64,000 nucleotides of DNA from a virus (lineage: Duplodnaviria > Caudoviricetes): IMG/VR virus record IMGVR_UViG_3300037484_000435, positions 352,001 through 416,000 of that record. One strand, given 5' to 3'. Below the pieces are notes generated by a model. It was not told the origin of the DNA. It worked only from the letters and a program-made list of their open reading frames with translations, and did no database searches. The position numbers were made by a program, and so were the translations under genes. This document shows, piece by piece, positions 63,896 through 64,000 of this stretch. Within the stretch, counting starts at the first letter, position 1. The number at the start of each line of letters is the position of its first letter.

Positions 63896-64000
63896 ACCGA
63901 GTTTAATTTATGGGTCAGCAGGAGACATAATATATGTTACCCTGCTGGATGACAACGGCAAAGTGTTACCAATAAAGAGTGACCGTTGTATTGTATTTAC
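63885..64000 (+). CDS. Partial ORF running off the right edge
   Basis: MRFEPSLIYGSAGDIIYVTLLDDNGKVLPIKSDRCIVF; AGGAG SD. Confidence 0.4.
   Translation, partial: MRFEPSLIYGSAGDIIYVTLLDDNGKVLPIKSDRCIVF

Noticed and set aside
1-64000. Stop-codon reassignment (code 15 or 4), as seen in some large phages
   Set aside because: Conserved genes (terL, clpP, dnaX, kinase, portal) are full length in code 11, and TAG/TGA serve as normal stops with tight gene packing
1-64000. CRISPR array
   Set aside because: No regularly spaced 25-45 bp direct repeats seen; the only tandem repeats are protein-coding (7560-8330, Kelch blades)

Overview
Part of a large (likely jumbo) tailed dsDNA phage genome, standard genetic code, with two transcriptional arms diverging from an AT-rich gap at about 34330-34690. 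The left arm (minus strand, 1-34327) carries the head/packaging module (scaffold candidate, prohead protease, portal, TerL, TerS candidate), two giant Kelch-repeat virion proteins, a repeat-rich fibre protein, an actin-like ATPase, methionine aminopeptidase, clamp-loader subunits (DnaX and delta-like), an unusually long tmRNA, HU and GroES. The right arm (plus strand, 34693-64000) is accessory: a DNA MTase, metacaspase, peptide deformylase-SEC-C, degenerate tRNA-Thr, PAS-only protein, intact hybrid histidine kinase, ClpP, PyrE/PyrD-like enzymes, an M23 lipoprotein, an antisense Hsp20, and many small ORFs. Seven LAGLIDADG endonuclease genes are scattered throughout, one of them frameshifted. 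The most interesting items are: two extra major-capsid-like paralogs far from the head operon; a 588-nt tmRNA with a 26-aa tag ending FASV and a GGCAGUA T-loop, accompanied by a near-complete nascent-chain/proteostasis toolkit; ECF-sigma-type and conserved-spacer promoter families; a ParB-like/EF-Ts-N fusion; and a type I toxin-like cassette. The host is tentatively a Desulfobacterota/deltaproteobacterium (inference). All product calls come from motif recognition by eye; no database searches were run.
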